Notes under the pieces: model-generated
What the model was told of the DNA's origin: nothing
Databases searched by the model: none
The model's input: the letters and a program-made list of their open reading frames with translations, nothing else
Part shown: positions 25,803 through 39,400 of the stretch, piece by piece
How positions within the stretch are numbered: position 1 is the first letter of the stretch
Layout of the letters: each line of letters starts with the position of its first letter
Assembly (NCBI GenBank): GCA_976226885.1
Contig: OZ320313.1
Coordinates: forward strand, 57,722,001-57,786,000
From: Iphione sp. A-MEVVRFRX5
Lineage: Eukaryota
Reading direction: 5' to 3'
DNA length: 64,000 nucleotides
Made by a program: the position numbers and the translations under genes

Positions 25803-27229
25803 CTAAAAGAAAGTCAACACTCTTATTACTCCCTTTAATTATGTTTTTATATACTTGAAACAGTCTCTCCGTATATCGATGTCAGGCCTACCAATTAAGT
25901 CCCCTGGGCACAGTTCTAAGGCATCCCACCAAGAAATTTTCTTAATTCAAAGAGAGGCAGTTACTGGTCCAAAACCAGCTTCGGGCCATAAATCATAATG
26001 TCGTTTTGTGTCTTGTGAGACTTGTATATTTTACTTCACGAAATACAGATTGGTGAAAGATGTGATAAAATTAAAATCAACGTGTTAAGAACTCATCGCA
26101 TTCAAAAACTTCATGCAAACCAAAATCAAAAGATTTTAGTTCAAACATTCCATATATGAGCGCGTTCAGCGAATACATTTGGTATATTGTTTGGTCAAAG
26201 GGAATACTTGAACAACCTTTTATGATCAGGATTAGGTGAAACAAAATATACTTAAACGGTTTCTTGGTTTCGTGAAACAAATAACATCGCAATTTGGCTT
26301 TTTTGTTTTTGTTTTAAAATAAAAAAAGTAAATTTGAAGTCTTTGTCTATTTAAGTAGGGAACTTGTCTTTTCTACCGCATTCCTTCTTATTGGTTGATA
26401 TATTTCTGGCATTCGTACATTATTGAATAGGCATGACCTTAATGCAAGGAATCGTGGGACTGACTACACAAACAGGCAGGACAAACTGAGCAAATGACAG
26501 CCATGCTTTCATGCAGCCTGCAGGGTAGGACCGTTTCGTTGGTTAGTGATGGGAACAACAAAATAGACATGTACGTAACCCGAACTGTACTGGACGACAC
26601 AGGGTGTGAATATCATGAACAATATGCACAAATGTATATTTAGTGTTTGTGATTTGTGGAAATGTCACTCAAGTTATAGCTTCCAGCTCTGATTTTCTTA
26701 ATTTCTCGGCCTAAACAAATTTAACCTGTACAGTGTACACATGTTCTGCCCCTGATTGCCAACCGAAGTATTTCTTTTTAACCGCGTTTCAACCGATAGT
26801 TGCTGGTTTAATGTCAGTCCTTAATCTTGAAACTTTTCGTGCCGGATGTGTACAATGATTAGAAAGTTAAAGTCTGTCTGATATCAATACTGCATAAGCA
26901 ATATTGGAAATATTTACCATTTTAATAGTAATTGGCAATGAATACTTGATTTAAAACGAAAATACGGAAGGTGCAGATTGAACGAAATGTGATCACATGC
27001 TGTCATTTATCACGTCCTGAGGGTAGGAACACTTCGAAAGATAAATGGCCATTTGAATGAGTACCAGGAACAAACCAATGTCTGTTGCTGCTTTTAGCAA
27101 AACACATCTAGGTGTTTGTGTGTGCATCCAGCCACATATCACTAGCTGTGTAAATGTGTCACTCAGATGTAAAGAGAAACATATTGATTGCTGTGAAAAG
27201 GTTCTGTTTGAGTGTAAGATGTAAGTGAC

Positions 27230-27290
27230 TTGGTATCGGTCGTCGAAGTCGGCAGTGAGTCCCTCCTTGTTGCCGACCTGGAAGATCATC
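27230..27290 (-). CDS. Coding exon, about 61 nt (MIFQVGNKEGLTADFDDRYQ); donor uncertain
   Basis: tttttaattacag|G acceptor (phase 2) and GC-rich codons. The nearest phase-0 donor CAA|gtcact is weak; the frame stays open to an alternative donor at 27065. Confidence 0.65.
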
Positions 27291-27636
27291 CTGTAATTAA
27301 AAAGGCTTTTATTGCTAATGAAAGCGAGACCGCCATCATCCGAATTCCTCGCCAAGGCCGTCGAAAGGTCATCGGGTAGGAGCTGAAGGTCCCTTCATTA
27401 GTAGCTTTTGAGGTCACCAGTGGGGATCGTAGGAGGGTGTGTCTGGGGAGGCCATGAGAGGATTGTTTCTTGTAGGGAGTCTCGAGAGGCATAGTGTGTC
27501 GTATGAGTCTAGTCGAGAGGTGAACAGCCACATTCATAGAATAAACCTGAGACTTGAACCGAAGAGGGAAGCTAGAACCAGACCAGACAGAGAAAGGGAG
27601 GGGCTGGGGAGAAATGATAACAAAAAAATGAAGCGG

Positions 27637-28212
27637 CATGCATGCATCTTCCATTTAGGAAGGCAAAAAAACTGATAGGCAGGTGAATGGCAATTTGGGT
27701 TTCTTATCTTTGATCAGGAGGACAGAGGTACAGGGGGATGCGTCGGGGGGTAGAGGGTGTCAGGCCAGCGTTTCATGCACATGCACATAGAGGGAAAGGC
27801 AAGATGCACTCAATGCACGAAATACAAGAATACATTCAACATGCAGTATGTTAAATGCATGCAACATGCAAAACATTCAATGAAGGTCATGCAAAACTCC
27901 TCAGTGGCATGCACATGCTTAACACCAAAGACATTCCGTGAACATGCATAGAGAAGGAAGATCATTCCGTGGTCAAGATGCAGTTATGTGGCACAGAGAG
28001 TGCATGATAGGGTCACATGCATCGAGATTTGCCGTGTATATGCAGTTTGTCACAGAGCATGCAACTGAATGCATCGCCGTGCGAGACTAGAAGGAAGGAG
28101 CCAGAAGGAGTACCTGCACCTCCCCTGCTCCGCATGCGCACACTTGCCATATCCTAGGGCGCATGCTTTTATGGCTAATATTAAGAAGCGCATGCGCAGC
28201 TTCCGGCATGCA
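27637..28212 (-). promoter_or_regulatory. Intronic cluster of 13 UGCAUG (RBFOX-type) motifs
   Basis: Plus-strand CATGCA counted at 27637, 27641, 27774, 27780, 27840, 27858, 27865, 27888, 27908, 27943, 28016, 28058 and 28207, against 3 in the opposite orientation. Confidence 0.55.
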
Positions 28213-28274
28213 CAGCTATGTGGGCTCAGCAACAGGCAATCAGGCAGGCGTGCGGCAGTCGGTGAAAACTCCAC

Positions 28275-28344
28275 CTAGAGAAACGTTCCCGGTCTCGGGG
28301 TCTCAACACACCGGCAGGCAAATCGAGAAAAATCTCTCCTCGGT
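28275..28344 (-). CDS. Probable coding exon, 70 nt (xRGEIFLDLPAGVLRPRDRERFSR)
   Basis: Strong acceptor tttttttctgtccctag|AC and weak donor TAG|gtggag; phase 1 to 2, matching the 27290 acceptor. Confidence 0.55.
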
Positions 28345-29999
28345 CTAGGGACAGAAAAAAACTCCACAAAGTGCAGATGGAAAAATAGATACACCAGAGC
28401 AGCTCTCTGAGTCCATGGCCGCTGCTTAGTTTCCGCATTGGTCATGGCAAAAGGAAAATGTCACAGCACAGCACTGACTCTGAATTGCTCTGCAGGTCAA
28501 AAGTGCACGATGCGCGAAAGGGCACCTAGCTAGGACAGCACACTCTGGACATGAGACCCATTCTGGTATCCCCAACTGGCTAATCAACATTTACTGTACC
28601 TTTGCCTTTGATTGGTCGTAACAAGGTGAAGCAGAAAGAAAACAAAATGAAACGATAGAGAAACGTTAGATTCGAAAGACATGACATCCATACCAGTCAG
28701 TTGAAAGACCATTCACGAAGAAACTCAACTGACAAACTCAGCGCCATACGGCAAGCACTGTTGTTGCAGACACATCGAAGCACTAACAGACAACGTCCAT
28801 CCAACTCAATGCAAAGAAAGAAGGGGGGGAAAGGTAGAGGGCGCACATTTAAACAATTCACGCTAAAGATGTGAACTTGGGCGTCCAGAAATCAACCCAA
28901 GAGAACAGTAAAAAGGAGGGAAAATATATAATGGTTCTTTTCTTTATAAACGGTCAACTGACGCACGTTCCTCAGAGCCCCTATAGAAAGAGGGTAAAGA
29001 ACGCGGAGGGGGGGTCACTAGGTGCAACTGCGAGGTGGCGACACTGTTGCGAGCAACAAATATGGGTGCGACACGGTACAATGCTTAGAGAACACACATC
29101 TGGTGACGTAGGCTTATATAGAGATAAACAGCTATCTCTTCTGGTATTTGGAGAACCATAGAAAAAAACTGAAAATGCAGAAGGTCTTAAACATCCTTAA
29201 ACATTCATCATATGACAGGAGATCGAATAGGAAATGTTTACAGTATCGATATTGTATACAGTTTTCTATCGGGGCAACGCTTCAGGTATTAAAAGTAAAT
29301 CAACGCACTTTTTCCTTGGCTTAAATTTATCAGGACCTTAGCTCTTAACGTAGGAAGTTAGGCATACATGCCATTATGTGTGGCTATGGTAGAGTAAAAT
29401 ATCAAATCTTGCACTCTTGCTGGTTTTAATGTGGTTTGTAAACGGTGCTGCATAGGCCTACAGAATCCCGTGCTTCTTCTGTATGTCTTAAGTTTGACAC
29501 GACTAGCAATTCAAAATTCATGTTTACCCCGTTAGACAGCTGCAAGAGAACAGGTATTATCATCACAATAGAAGAGATTGAGGAGGATAAAATAATGGGA
29601 TGAAAAATATACCGATGTTTATGCCAAAATGAACGTAAAACGGATACAATATGGTGGCACATATACATGAACAAATCTAGAAATCTATATATCTGTGTAA
29701 AGAGTATGTCTTTTCACTTTTCTATTGCAGCCACTTTACATGAATATGAGAGCAAGATTTCTTTTTCTCTGAGCAGACTAATTTCTTTCAAACATTGGGC
29801 AATCTCTCATCCCATTACAAAGAATTCCCTTAGAGCTGAATGATCTTATTCCAAGTGACAGTTCCTAAGTCTGCTCAATCGATTTATTGGCGGGGTTAAT
29901 CATACCAGGAAACGCTGATTCCTAGATTACTATGTTCATAGGAAATCTACTGCCCAAACTCTCCCAAAGCATTTGTGGATAATCATTAATATTTCTTAC

Positions 30000-30006
30000 C
30001 AAATCC
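30000..30006 (-). CDS. Candidate 7-nt microexon GGATTTG (alternative candidate AACCGAG at 30175-30181)
   Basis: ctaccaattag|GGATTTG|gtaaga; phase 0 to 1, which closes the gap between exons 30483 and 28344. Inferred only. Confidence 0.25.
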
Positions 30007-30482
30007 CTAATTGGTAGCAAAGTTAACCTTATCATTGGATTTGGGGATCAACAGAAAGAAATATGATTTCTGGTCATATTCTCCATGAATCGACACTGCT
30101 TCGAAAACGTAGAAATAGTTTTTATGTGAATCGAAATTCGTAGATGGTTTTCATTTTGTACATTGCAGTTTTACCTCGGTTCTAAGTGATAGCATTTATT
30201 TGGAATCATTTTCGCCTGCTTTGAAAGATCCCTTATGCAAATCTAAATTTGGGTGACTGTCCCACATTTGTTATTAAAGGTTTATCCCCCTCGATTCCAT
30301 TCGTTGCAGTCCAACTAGCTCCCTGTATACTTACACAAACCGTCACCTTGCTACAAGCCCCGCCACCTTCCAGGTTCCCAACCAGAAACTCTTCACCCAC
30401 CACCCATGATTTCCATGATCCGTTGGCAAAATGAACTCCTACATTCAGTAGCCATGGTTACTGCTGACATGGCGACACTCAC

Positions 30483-30657
30483 CATCTTCTGACAGGGATC
30501 GTTAAGAGTTCGATGCAGGTAGGTCTCTCCGTCGTTGTAACCCTTGGGACACTTTGGTTTTGTCGGGTCGTGAGAGTCGCACACCACCTCCTGGGCGGAT
30601 GTAATACGATCACGTGATATCTCCAGGGTTATGCTGTAATAGTCCGGGATTGGGTGC
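30483..30657 (-). CDS. Coding exon, 175 nt (HPIPDYYSITLEIS...NDPCQKM)
   Basis: ccttttcggtcag|G...ATG|gtgagt; phase 2 to 0. Confidence 0.88.
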
Positions 30658-33221
30658 CTGACCGAAAAGGAAGACAAAACAGACAGTAAGTAGTTCACGC
30701 ATCCGTAATGAGCTGGAAAGATGGGATTGCATGACAGCGTTCCCATGTGACTCAGTCGGTTTACAGCGGACATAAGGTCGGTCGAGTTTCCCAAAGTAAA
30801 AATACCCTTTAACTTAGAGATATTCATGTGCTGGCCCCCAACTACATGCCGCCCTTGTCTAAATTAGCGTTCCCTGTGCAGAATGTACGATATAAATAAG
30901 TATTTATTCGAATATAATACATGTTAAATATCATTTCAAAACAAATCATGGATCAAGGAAGATTGGTTTACATATCTTCCAGCATCAGATGGTATATGAC
31001 GGCTATTCTTATAAACTAGCGTTTTCGGTGACTATAAGTACCACTTATAGCCCAGGCATTGCCGGATGCTGAAACACATTTTGGGATATTCAAGATCACT
31101 ATATAACATAAATGGCTTCGGATATTGGAACGACCTATATGTCATTGCATATGTACTCCACAAGTATGAGATATTAACATTTTTATTCATTATGTTATAC
31201 ATCAGCTTAGTATTACTATACACATACGATTGAGAACTAGCCAGAGATTGGAGATATCACGAACTGCCATGGTTACTCAAGACGACTCTTGAAAGCTACA
31301 GCTCTTAAATGTTGTACGTAAACTAGGGGCTCGTCGGTGCACATATTACCTCACGCTTTGGTAAATTAATTTTGGAGACTGACGTTCTCATGCGGGTGCA
31401 GTAACCAACCGAGATTTTCTCCCGCAGTTCAAATATATCGATTTCGATATCGCATATCTGGTGGTTAGAAGAAGCTTAAAAGAAATGCCACGATTCCACC
31501 AAGATAGCAACAGATCCACCAGGAACACGCAACTTAGTCACACACCCTTCAGTGGACCCCTGTGTCAGTATGTTATGCATATAGTCCATAACACAACGTT
31601 TGGGCAACTCCCTGTTGATGTGCCAGTGGTGGGTATATACATGTATACTTATGCCTCAAACACACACTAGCTCATTTAGTGACACGCTGAAAGCATGTCC
31701 GTCGTTTCCCATTACCATAATCTGGCTACCTAGAGACCACAGACAAACCTGCCTAGACCCGGGGACCCAGTTATCCTAACCATATATTTTCACCAGCCAA
31801 GCGTTGTAACAGGCTTCCAAGCTGGAAAGCCAAAAGCCGAAATAGCAGCACAGCTATCGTGCCCCGAGGGTGCCGTCCGTCTTAATGGTAGTGAAGGGTG
31901 CGCTAAAGGTGCGGCCATGTGAATGGTACAGCTAGCAGGATCGAGGAATATCAACGTGTGTGACCTTGTCCGTCCCGAAGCAGGCTCCAAACATGCATCA
32001 AGAAAAACTCCCCGGGTCGCCTTCCTGCGGACTATTACCCCTCATCCCTACCCCCCACCCCCACCCTCTGAGACAAGTCGCATGCCATCGGCGTAATGCA
32101 CGGGTCTTCAGTGCCTAAGTACGTCTGATCTATCGTCTACAGCGACGCGCCGGCCATTGCTCCGCACAGGCGTCCCTAACCCGGAAATGAGGCGTCGATC
32201 CCGCGGCTGAGAACCTCCCCCGAGGCCGTTATGAGAGCAACTGTAACTCGTGGACTGACCGCTCCGTATGGTCCTCCCTTTGTCTCTGCGATACCCGCCT
32301 GCCAGATATTAAAAAGGCCGCTCTTGTATTCACGGCCAGAGTGATCCTGGGTAATTGCCCGATAACCTGAGGGAAGATGAGCTCAAGACGCATACTGCAC
32401 CATTTAAGGCACGGCTGATGACTCGAGAAGTAACGGCCATAGATGGATGCGATAAGCAAGCGGTTAAATTGTCTGACTGGTCAACTGGGGAAAATGGCGG
32501 TTAATTACATCGGTACACGTATTTTATGGCGCGTGGTGGCAACCCAAACAGGTTTCGACAGGTAATTTATAAAAGACCAAAAAAATGCGAAACGTTGCAA
32601 CCTGCAGGATGCTTGCTCTGGTTCAGTGTTGGCAATGTCAACATGATTCCAACATTTCAATGATATTACGATGGCATTTTATTGTTGACGCACAGTTTTA
32701 TATTACAAGTTGTCAGTTCGTAAGCCGGTCTCTAATGTCCGCCATTAAGTCCATTTACTAAATGAAGAAACTTCTTGTATATCTTATATCATCTCTGGAT
32801 ATTTTATAAAGGAATCACATTGTATGGTTATTTTAAAGCCACTCACCACTTTACCTAATGCGTTTAAAACATCGTATAACTCATCTTAAACTCACTGAAA
32901 TAAAACTGAAGAGCCTCAAAGACCAGCAGATAGGTCCGCTGTAATTCTCATTTTTCAGACTATTTTACAAGTCTGCCCTTTACATTAAAAATGCATGCCC
33001 AAGAACGGACATTAGCATTAAGCCCCAATTTCCATGTGAGCGTATTTCTCATTTGTCTCCGTGTCAGCAACACAAATATTTTCCCCTGCTAGGGACGTGT
33101 CCCAATCAATGGGACATAGATCCTTGTTGCCAACATGGCGACGTGGTTGGGAAAGAAGGGCACATTTAAATTAGAGCTCAAGAGAGAATTGTGTGAGTGA
33201 AAGGTCCAACCCTTGTCTCAC

Positions 33222-33498
33222 CTGCAATAATTCTTGACGATCCTCCTGAACTTGGACTTGTCCTCACTGTTGTTCGGGTTGCCGAGCATGTACTTGTTGT
33301 CGCTCTCGTGGTCGGCGTCCTCGTAGGTTGGGATGACATTGACATCCATGATACCAATGTTGACTCGCAGACCTGACTCACGCACCCAATAGAAGTCGGT
33401 TGCTTGAGTCAGGTCTGTCACATAATAGGTCGTCTCCAGGTTACGCATGCTGTGCAGATTTTCCATGAAGATGTTGTCGGAGGCTTCCACCTTTAGCC
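33222..33498 (-). CDS. Coding exon, 277 nt (LKVEASDNIF...RIVKNYC)
   Basis: ctctctctcag|GG...TGCAG|gtgaga; phase 1 to 2. Confidence 0.88.
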
Positions 33499-36400
33499 CT
33501 GAGAGAGAGACATCAAGTCCTTCATCAGATGTCGCCAGAGGCGGCACCTGAGCCCTGCCGTCCCCCACTAACCCCCCGCTTGTCACGGTAAGGCCTCGGG
33601 GGCCAGGAGGCAGTCGGGTAGTGGAGGAAACCGGCAGAGGGAACTTGATGGGAAATTTCATAATTGGATTCGGATTGTAAGTATGAGAATGGCAGAGTGA
33701 TATCTTATTCTATTATAGAGAGTGAAAATGATGGATTTAAAAATGAATATACATGTAGTGGAAAGGAACCCTCTGTATTGAAGGGGGTGGGTACTAAGAG
33801 GATTTCACCAACTTGTTTACCGTCACATTCCCGCGAAGACATTTCTACCATAATGGGACAATCGTCCCTTGGTTTTGGTACCGACCAATAGTTGAATTCT
33901 CTACTTTCTACTTTGACAGAAATACTCCGCAATACTAAGCTCATCTCTTTGGTACATACTCTTAATTTGTCTCTGTTTATTGTTTTCTGTCTAAATCATT
34001 ATTTAAAATCGACGGACGTAGTAAAAAAGAAGAGTCTTATCTCTCCTCTTTCGTGATCACCATAGCACCGGGGTGTCTTCAAACATCACAGACTCTACTC
34101 GGCCGTGGAGGGGGCCAGCGCCAGGAGCAACAGCAAGGAGCCCTCCGGCAGGCCGGCCCCGCCTCCGGCCGGTCACACGGACCTTACACACACTAAAACT
34201 TGGAAATGGAGAAGACTGAAAACGGGCAAGTACGCAAACTGCAACTTTGGCGGCCGGTGCGCGTTGCCGCGCCGCCTAAGAGTACACAGACTCGCTCTAA
34301 AGTAACAAAAAACGGTGTTGTAAAAACTACTGCATCTGGAGCGCGACACGATAACACAGACTAGGATACGCAGAAGCAGTACAGATGTAGATTTAAAGTT
34401 GGAACCCGAAAAGGAAACTTTCATATGGTCTAAGATGCCCATGGTTCGCCAGAATGTTGGTACAGGGGCCATGTGAGTTGGGGGAGGTAGACATTATACA
34501 ATCCCCTGGTGACAGAACAGGGCCTCCTGTACATGCACCATGCATGCACAACATCTAGTTCCTTCTTTCGTCTACCTACGTTTCATTGGTTTGGTTTTAA
34601 AAATTATTGCTAATTTCAAAATACCTGGAATCCAAAATTAGAGGAAAGGGAGAAACAGATCCAAGAAAAAAATCTAGTGGTTTATTGAGGGATAACATGC
34701 ATATAGAATTACATAACTAACAGCAAAGACGCTCGCTTGTCCGTGAGAACTGTTAGCACTGAACATTACAACTTATTTGTACATGAGGAGTGAGGAGGTC
34801 ACGAATCTGTCACGTGTTAATAATATACGTGTAATCCGAATTATTTACATCATTTATTCATTTAAAGCCGGACTGGTTGTCTGTGTATGTCTGAATATGT
34901 GTAATTGCAATATCGCTTGTTAAATATATCCTTCAGTTTTACATCAACACCATTTTTCTCGAAGAGAGCTAGTAGGAAAAGACTTTCTGACCAGCATTGG
35001 ATTAAACTAAAACCTAATATCGGAATTGTAATAAAACATAGATAAACAGGACTTGTTACCAACATGTTCTAGTGCGATTAACAAAGTAATGTGCCCATTT
35101 TGGTTAAAACCGGGAAATAGGGGCTTCCCGTTTCGATGGGAGGAAATATGAAATGATTTGGAGCACGAGCGCCCTCTGCTGTTCACACGAAGTACTTCCA
35201 GCAACACCAGATGTTAGAGCATGCAGTCGGGCGAGAGAGTTGTGAAACCTAGCCAGTCACCGCGGACCACGCGACAGGAAGCGAGAAGCAAGAAATGATA
35301 GAGAGGTACAGAAGCCACGGAAGAAATACTGGAAGCAATTTACTATGAGCGCCTCGAGCTAAGCAGCACAAACGGGCAGCACAAAGTAGAAAAGTTAATG
35401 ATAAGAAATGCACCAAGCGTCCATGAGAGAACAGCATCAACATGTAAAAAATAACTTGCTTTTATGCGTTTTGTGCACGGGCTTCTTCTTTCTCAGTGCT
35501 GCTGAAAGAACGGTCAAAAAAATCCGACAAGAGTATAATGCTCTGACTCAGAGTGTACAAAGGGCACGCGCACATCCACAAAATATTCTCTGACCAAACA
35601 GAAAAGTAGACTTCTTGAGTCTCTAAGACATTCACTTCATCTCTTAGTTAGCTCCATGCAGAGGCCAGTCGGCAGTTGACCTTGAGCACGCCGAAAGATC
35701 GCAGTCCCGGGCCCAACCGACTTGAATGTCAACACATCTCCTTACCACCTGGCACCTGACTTAGTCTGCATACTCTGATTGGTTATATGGGTAACATGTG
35801 ACGCTTGACATGTGACATAGGAATAGCGGGGTTGAAAGTCAAAGGTGAACATTAATAAGGGCACTATTACACTTCACCGTCGTATAGCGAACAAAGAATC
35901 ACAGGACAACATACACACACAAGACAGATAGACTAGAGAAACAAACAGGGACGATGAAACAATCAAGAAACAAAGGATGAGACACACACTCTAGAGTAAA
36001 ATATTTTAATCTGCAAATTCAAAAAAACGAATGCTAACGAAAAAGTGTCGCGGAGACATGTTTTCACAAATATACTCCCATAAGCATATTCCCAATATAT
36101 GTATGTATAGAACAGGCAACAAGCATATTGTTTTTCAAAAGTTCAGATATATGGCTTTCTAAACATCAAGCCCATCAACATATTGCCAGCTATTCATAAG
36201 AGATTAGCAGAACACGTCTGGGGATGTTGCTTGTAATTCCGGGTAGTACCTATCAAGAATGAGTCCACATAAATTCTATAATGTAACATAAGCAACGACC
36301 GTCAATTCCCTTCATGAAAAGCTGCTAATATCCGAAGACGAGTGGCTGTAAATACACTCGGGGACATTTTAATTTCCGGAAAGGAATATTTGGGCTCAAT

Positions 36401-39400
36401 CTTAGGCTATGAACATAAGGGGTCTTCAGATAATTAACAGGTGGGGGATCTATGGTTTCATCTATGCGGTACCAAGGCACTTTAAAATAGCAGAAGACAA
36501 ATAGTTTAAGTGTTAGTGGCTTAAAGTTCGTCTTATCGAATAACAGTTTATGTTCTGCCGATTCAAATTGCTGGAAACTGAAAGCAGCATTGAGGGATGT
36601 ATAAGGAGTGCATGTTTACACCGGCAAACCATTCTTTACGTCAAAACGGGGTGAATATAGGGCTTCTCCTTATTTATTTACAAAGCTACTGCCAAGTCTT
36701 ACCATACGTTGTATTCACAACCGTGGCTTCCCCTGAAACTAGCATTTTTTGTTTGCCTGGAAGCCTACACATGGACCTACAAGAAAGATTCCGCTATATG
36801 TGGGCTTTGGATGGCTGTGAGAATAACGTCTTTTGTCAATCTGCCTACCCTTCGAGCGATTCTATGCTTTTAGGTAGCTGCTGCCCTAGGTTTATTTGTA
36901 AGACTATCCGTCGGTCTGCTCCATTCACAGACTTCTGTGAAGCCTTTCATCAGATGCCCGCATCGGCAATGGCGTCCCGTCACATTGCACGTCACTCAAT
37001 GTGATTTGCACCTAATCGCCGACGACAACGCGTATCATCAGCAATGAAAGTCACTTCCACAAGGCTTGTGGAGACCCAAGGCTGACTTATTCATGCCGCC
37101 TGCAGACCCTTGGCCTCACTCCTCACGACGGATGGACCTTTATTTATTCATAATCCAGTGATCCATAATCCTGCCTGAGGTCAAAGGTCAGCCGACCAGT
37201 CCCTACACAGCTCCATTTTTCTCTCCTTCCTCGGAGACCACCAGAGGGCGGGCATATCCACCTAGTACAGATAAACACCACCGGGGGGCAGGCGAGTGAG
37301 ATAACAGGTGTGCATAATGTAGAGCAGTAGATGATTATTCCCTTTCCAGTGGTCACCTTTACTGCAAGGTCGAGGTAAGTACCATGGGAGATGCTGCCGG
37401 CTAAACCACTTATATTGCCTTGTCAAGGGGATAGTAGTGAATATCTTCAGCCATAATAGCACACCAAACCCTGGTATCCCAATGTCGGCCACCTTGGTCC
37501 TCGCACAAAACCATAACCGACCGTTTGTTGTGTGGTATCCGTCGGACAAAATTGGGTTGGAATCTCCATGGGAATGGTTGCATTATCGTCGTCGTTGCCA
37601 TCCAGTCGGCGTAGGCGGTTTTTCAATTTTGAAAGGACAAGATCCTAACGCAAATACCATCGCTTGTTGGCTGGAAAGAATGGAGGGTGGACATTTACTG
37701 CGTGGTATTTTTACGCAGAAAATTTTAATCCTCGCTCCAGGCATACTGTATTGTCAATCATTGTCAGTGTCATCCGAAGTACTAGTGCCAAATCCTTGGC
37801 ATATGAGGATGCTGTCAGGCCTGTTTCCCTCTGGCAGGTTCCCAGGTTGGCTGAGTGTAAACAATGCCATATATCAGCGTGTCTTCCCTTAGACAACCCG
37901 CAAGCTGACCGTATAACGGGCGGCATCTCTTCCTCCGGAACCTTGGCAGTAACTGTTGGTAAAGGGCTCTTTGCAGCCCATTAGGGACCATGTGGTGACA
38001 GCTGAGGCCCGCACGAAGGGCTACACCAAAAGGTCCGCAATGCTGCAGTGCCAGCCTTTTTTATTCCTTAACTTTCTTTCAACCCCCCCCCCACACACAC
38101 ACACGAAATGCGATGAAGGGCAACTAGTGAATCATTATCTCTTAAGGGATCCCGTAGAACAATGCATAGATTGCAGTAGCCATTTATCGATACGATAAAT
38201 TTAGGTACAAATCTTACATTCCCATTCAAAGTATGATGAAGCAAGCGACTAGGATGTTTTTTTACCGCTCTGGGGAGTTGTTTTTTTCGCATAAGGAATG
38301 CCATTTGGCAGGTATTTCACTGGAAGTCCCTCCACCGCCAACCGCACCACTGGAGCTGGGCAGTGACTAGCTCCCTGTGAGTGCCACTTCGAGGCGTAAT
38401 TTCTTGCCACTGACGATTGGTCGACGCGCACGCCCCCTGTGGAGCCTCTTGTTAAGCACAGGTCGCTGTACAGATGCGCCGCCTGGCGGCTGCGGTGATG
38501 GACGTCCTCTGGTGAGAGTCCTTAGAACCCTTCACTGCCTGCGTGTCGAGGGGTACCCCTGGCGAGGGTTAGGCGAAGGACTCGTACTCGCCGGTGGCTA
38601 TTTACGGACGAGAAACGGAGAGAGGGTGAGGGCGCCGCCTAGTAAAAGAAGGCATAGCCAAGAGCGTGAAGGGAGAAGGCCAAGCAAGGTGATAAGGCTG
38701 AAGAAATGAAAAAGGCTGAATGTGGCAGATGTTACAAGTGGGGGAAAGTTGCAGATTGCTTGATATAGATGTGTAGGAATGCCAGGGGCAACATCTAGTA
38801 AAGGAAATACCCTGTATTAATGGCATACAGAATCAGACGGGAAAGAGGCATGGATAGATATATGATACAGGGACAAATGAACTGAGGGCGGAGATCATAG
38901 GGGTAATAATGAATAAGGGAGGCGTAAACTGTGAAAAGGTGCAGTTAATATTGATCGTGAGATTTATCTGAGGAAAGGGACAGACAGGAAGGAAATATAT
39001 GGACGTAAGAAGTACAAGTATAAAGGACGATCTTTAAGCAAAAGAATAGACGCTGATTTGAATGCGAGCCGAGGGAGAGGGCTGAACTTACTGATGACAA
39101 TAGGAAGTTGGACGGGAAGAGGTCGGGCGGTGGCCTCTGACCGACGTGGACGTCGACTAAATCGACAGCCTCAGGCAAGGAGACAAATAACACGTGGTGG
39201 TGGTATTGACAACCTTTCTCCACTTATGAAATGCGCCCATTAGGGGCCCTGCATGTGTGTGTCCTGCCTACAGTAGCCTCTCTCAACAGTGCTTGTACCT
39301 GGAGGGCTGAAAAGGGCAGGGGCGGATTCATGGCGGGGAAACATCAGTGGGAGGGAGGGAGGGACGTGAAGGGACGTTGGAGGCGACTCCCCGCAGGCTA

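Noticed and set aside
34105-34472. Alternative first exon with a signal-peptide-like stretch (LPEGSLLLLLALAP)
   Set aside because: No in-frame ATG for that stretch and no convincing phase-1 donor to join 33498.
37140-38050. Possible highly degraded DIRS RNase H or recombinase remnant
   Set aside because: Only vague motif resemblances on both strands, mutually inconsistent; no YxDD or catalytic residues found.
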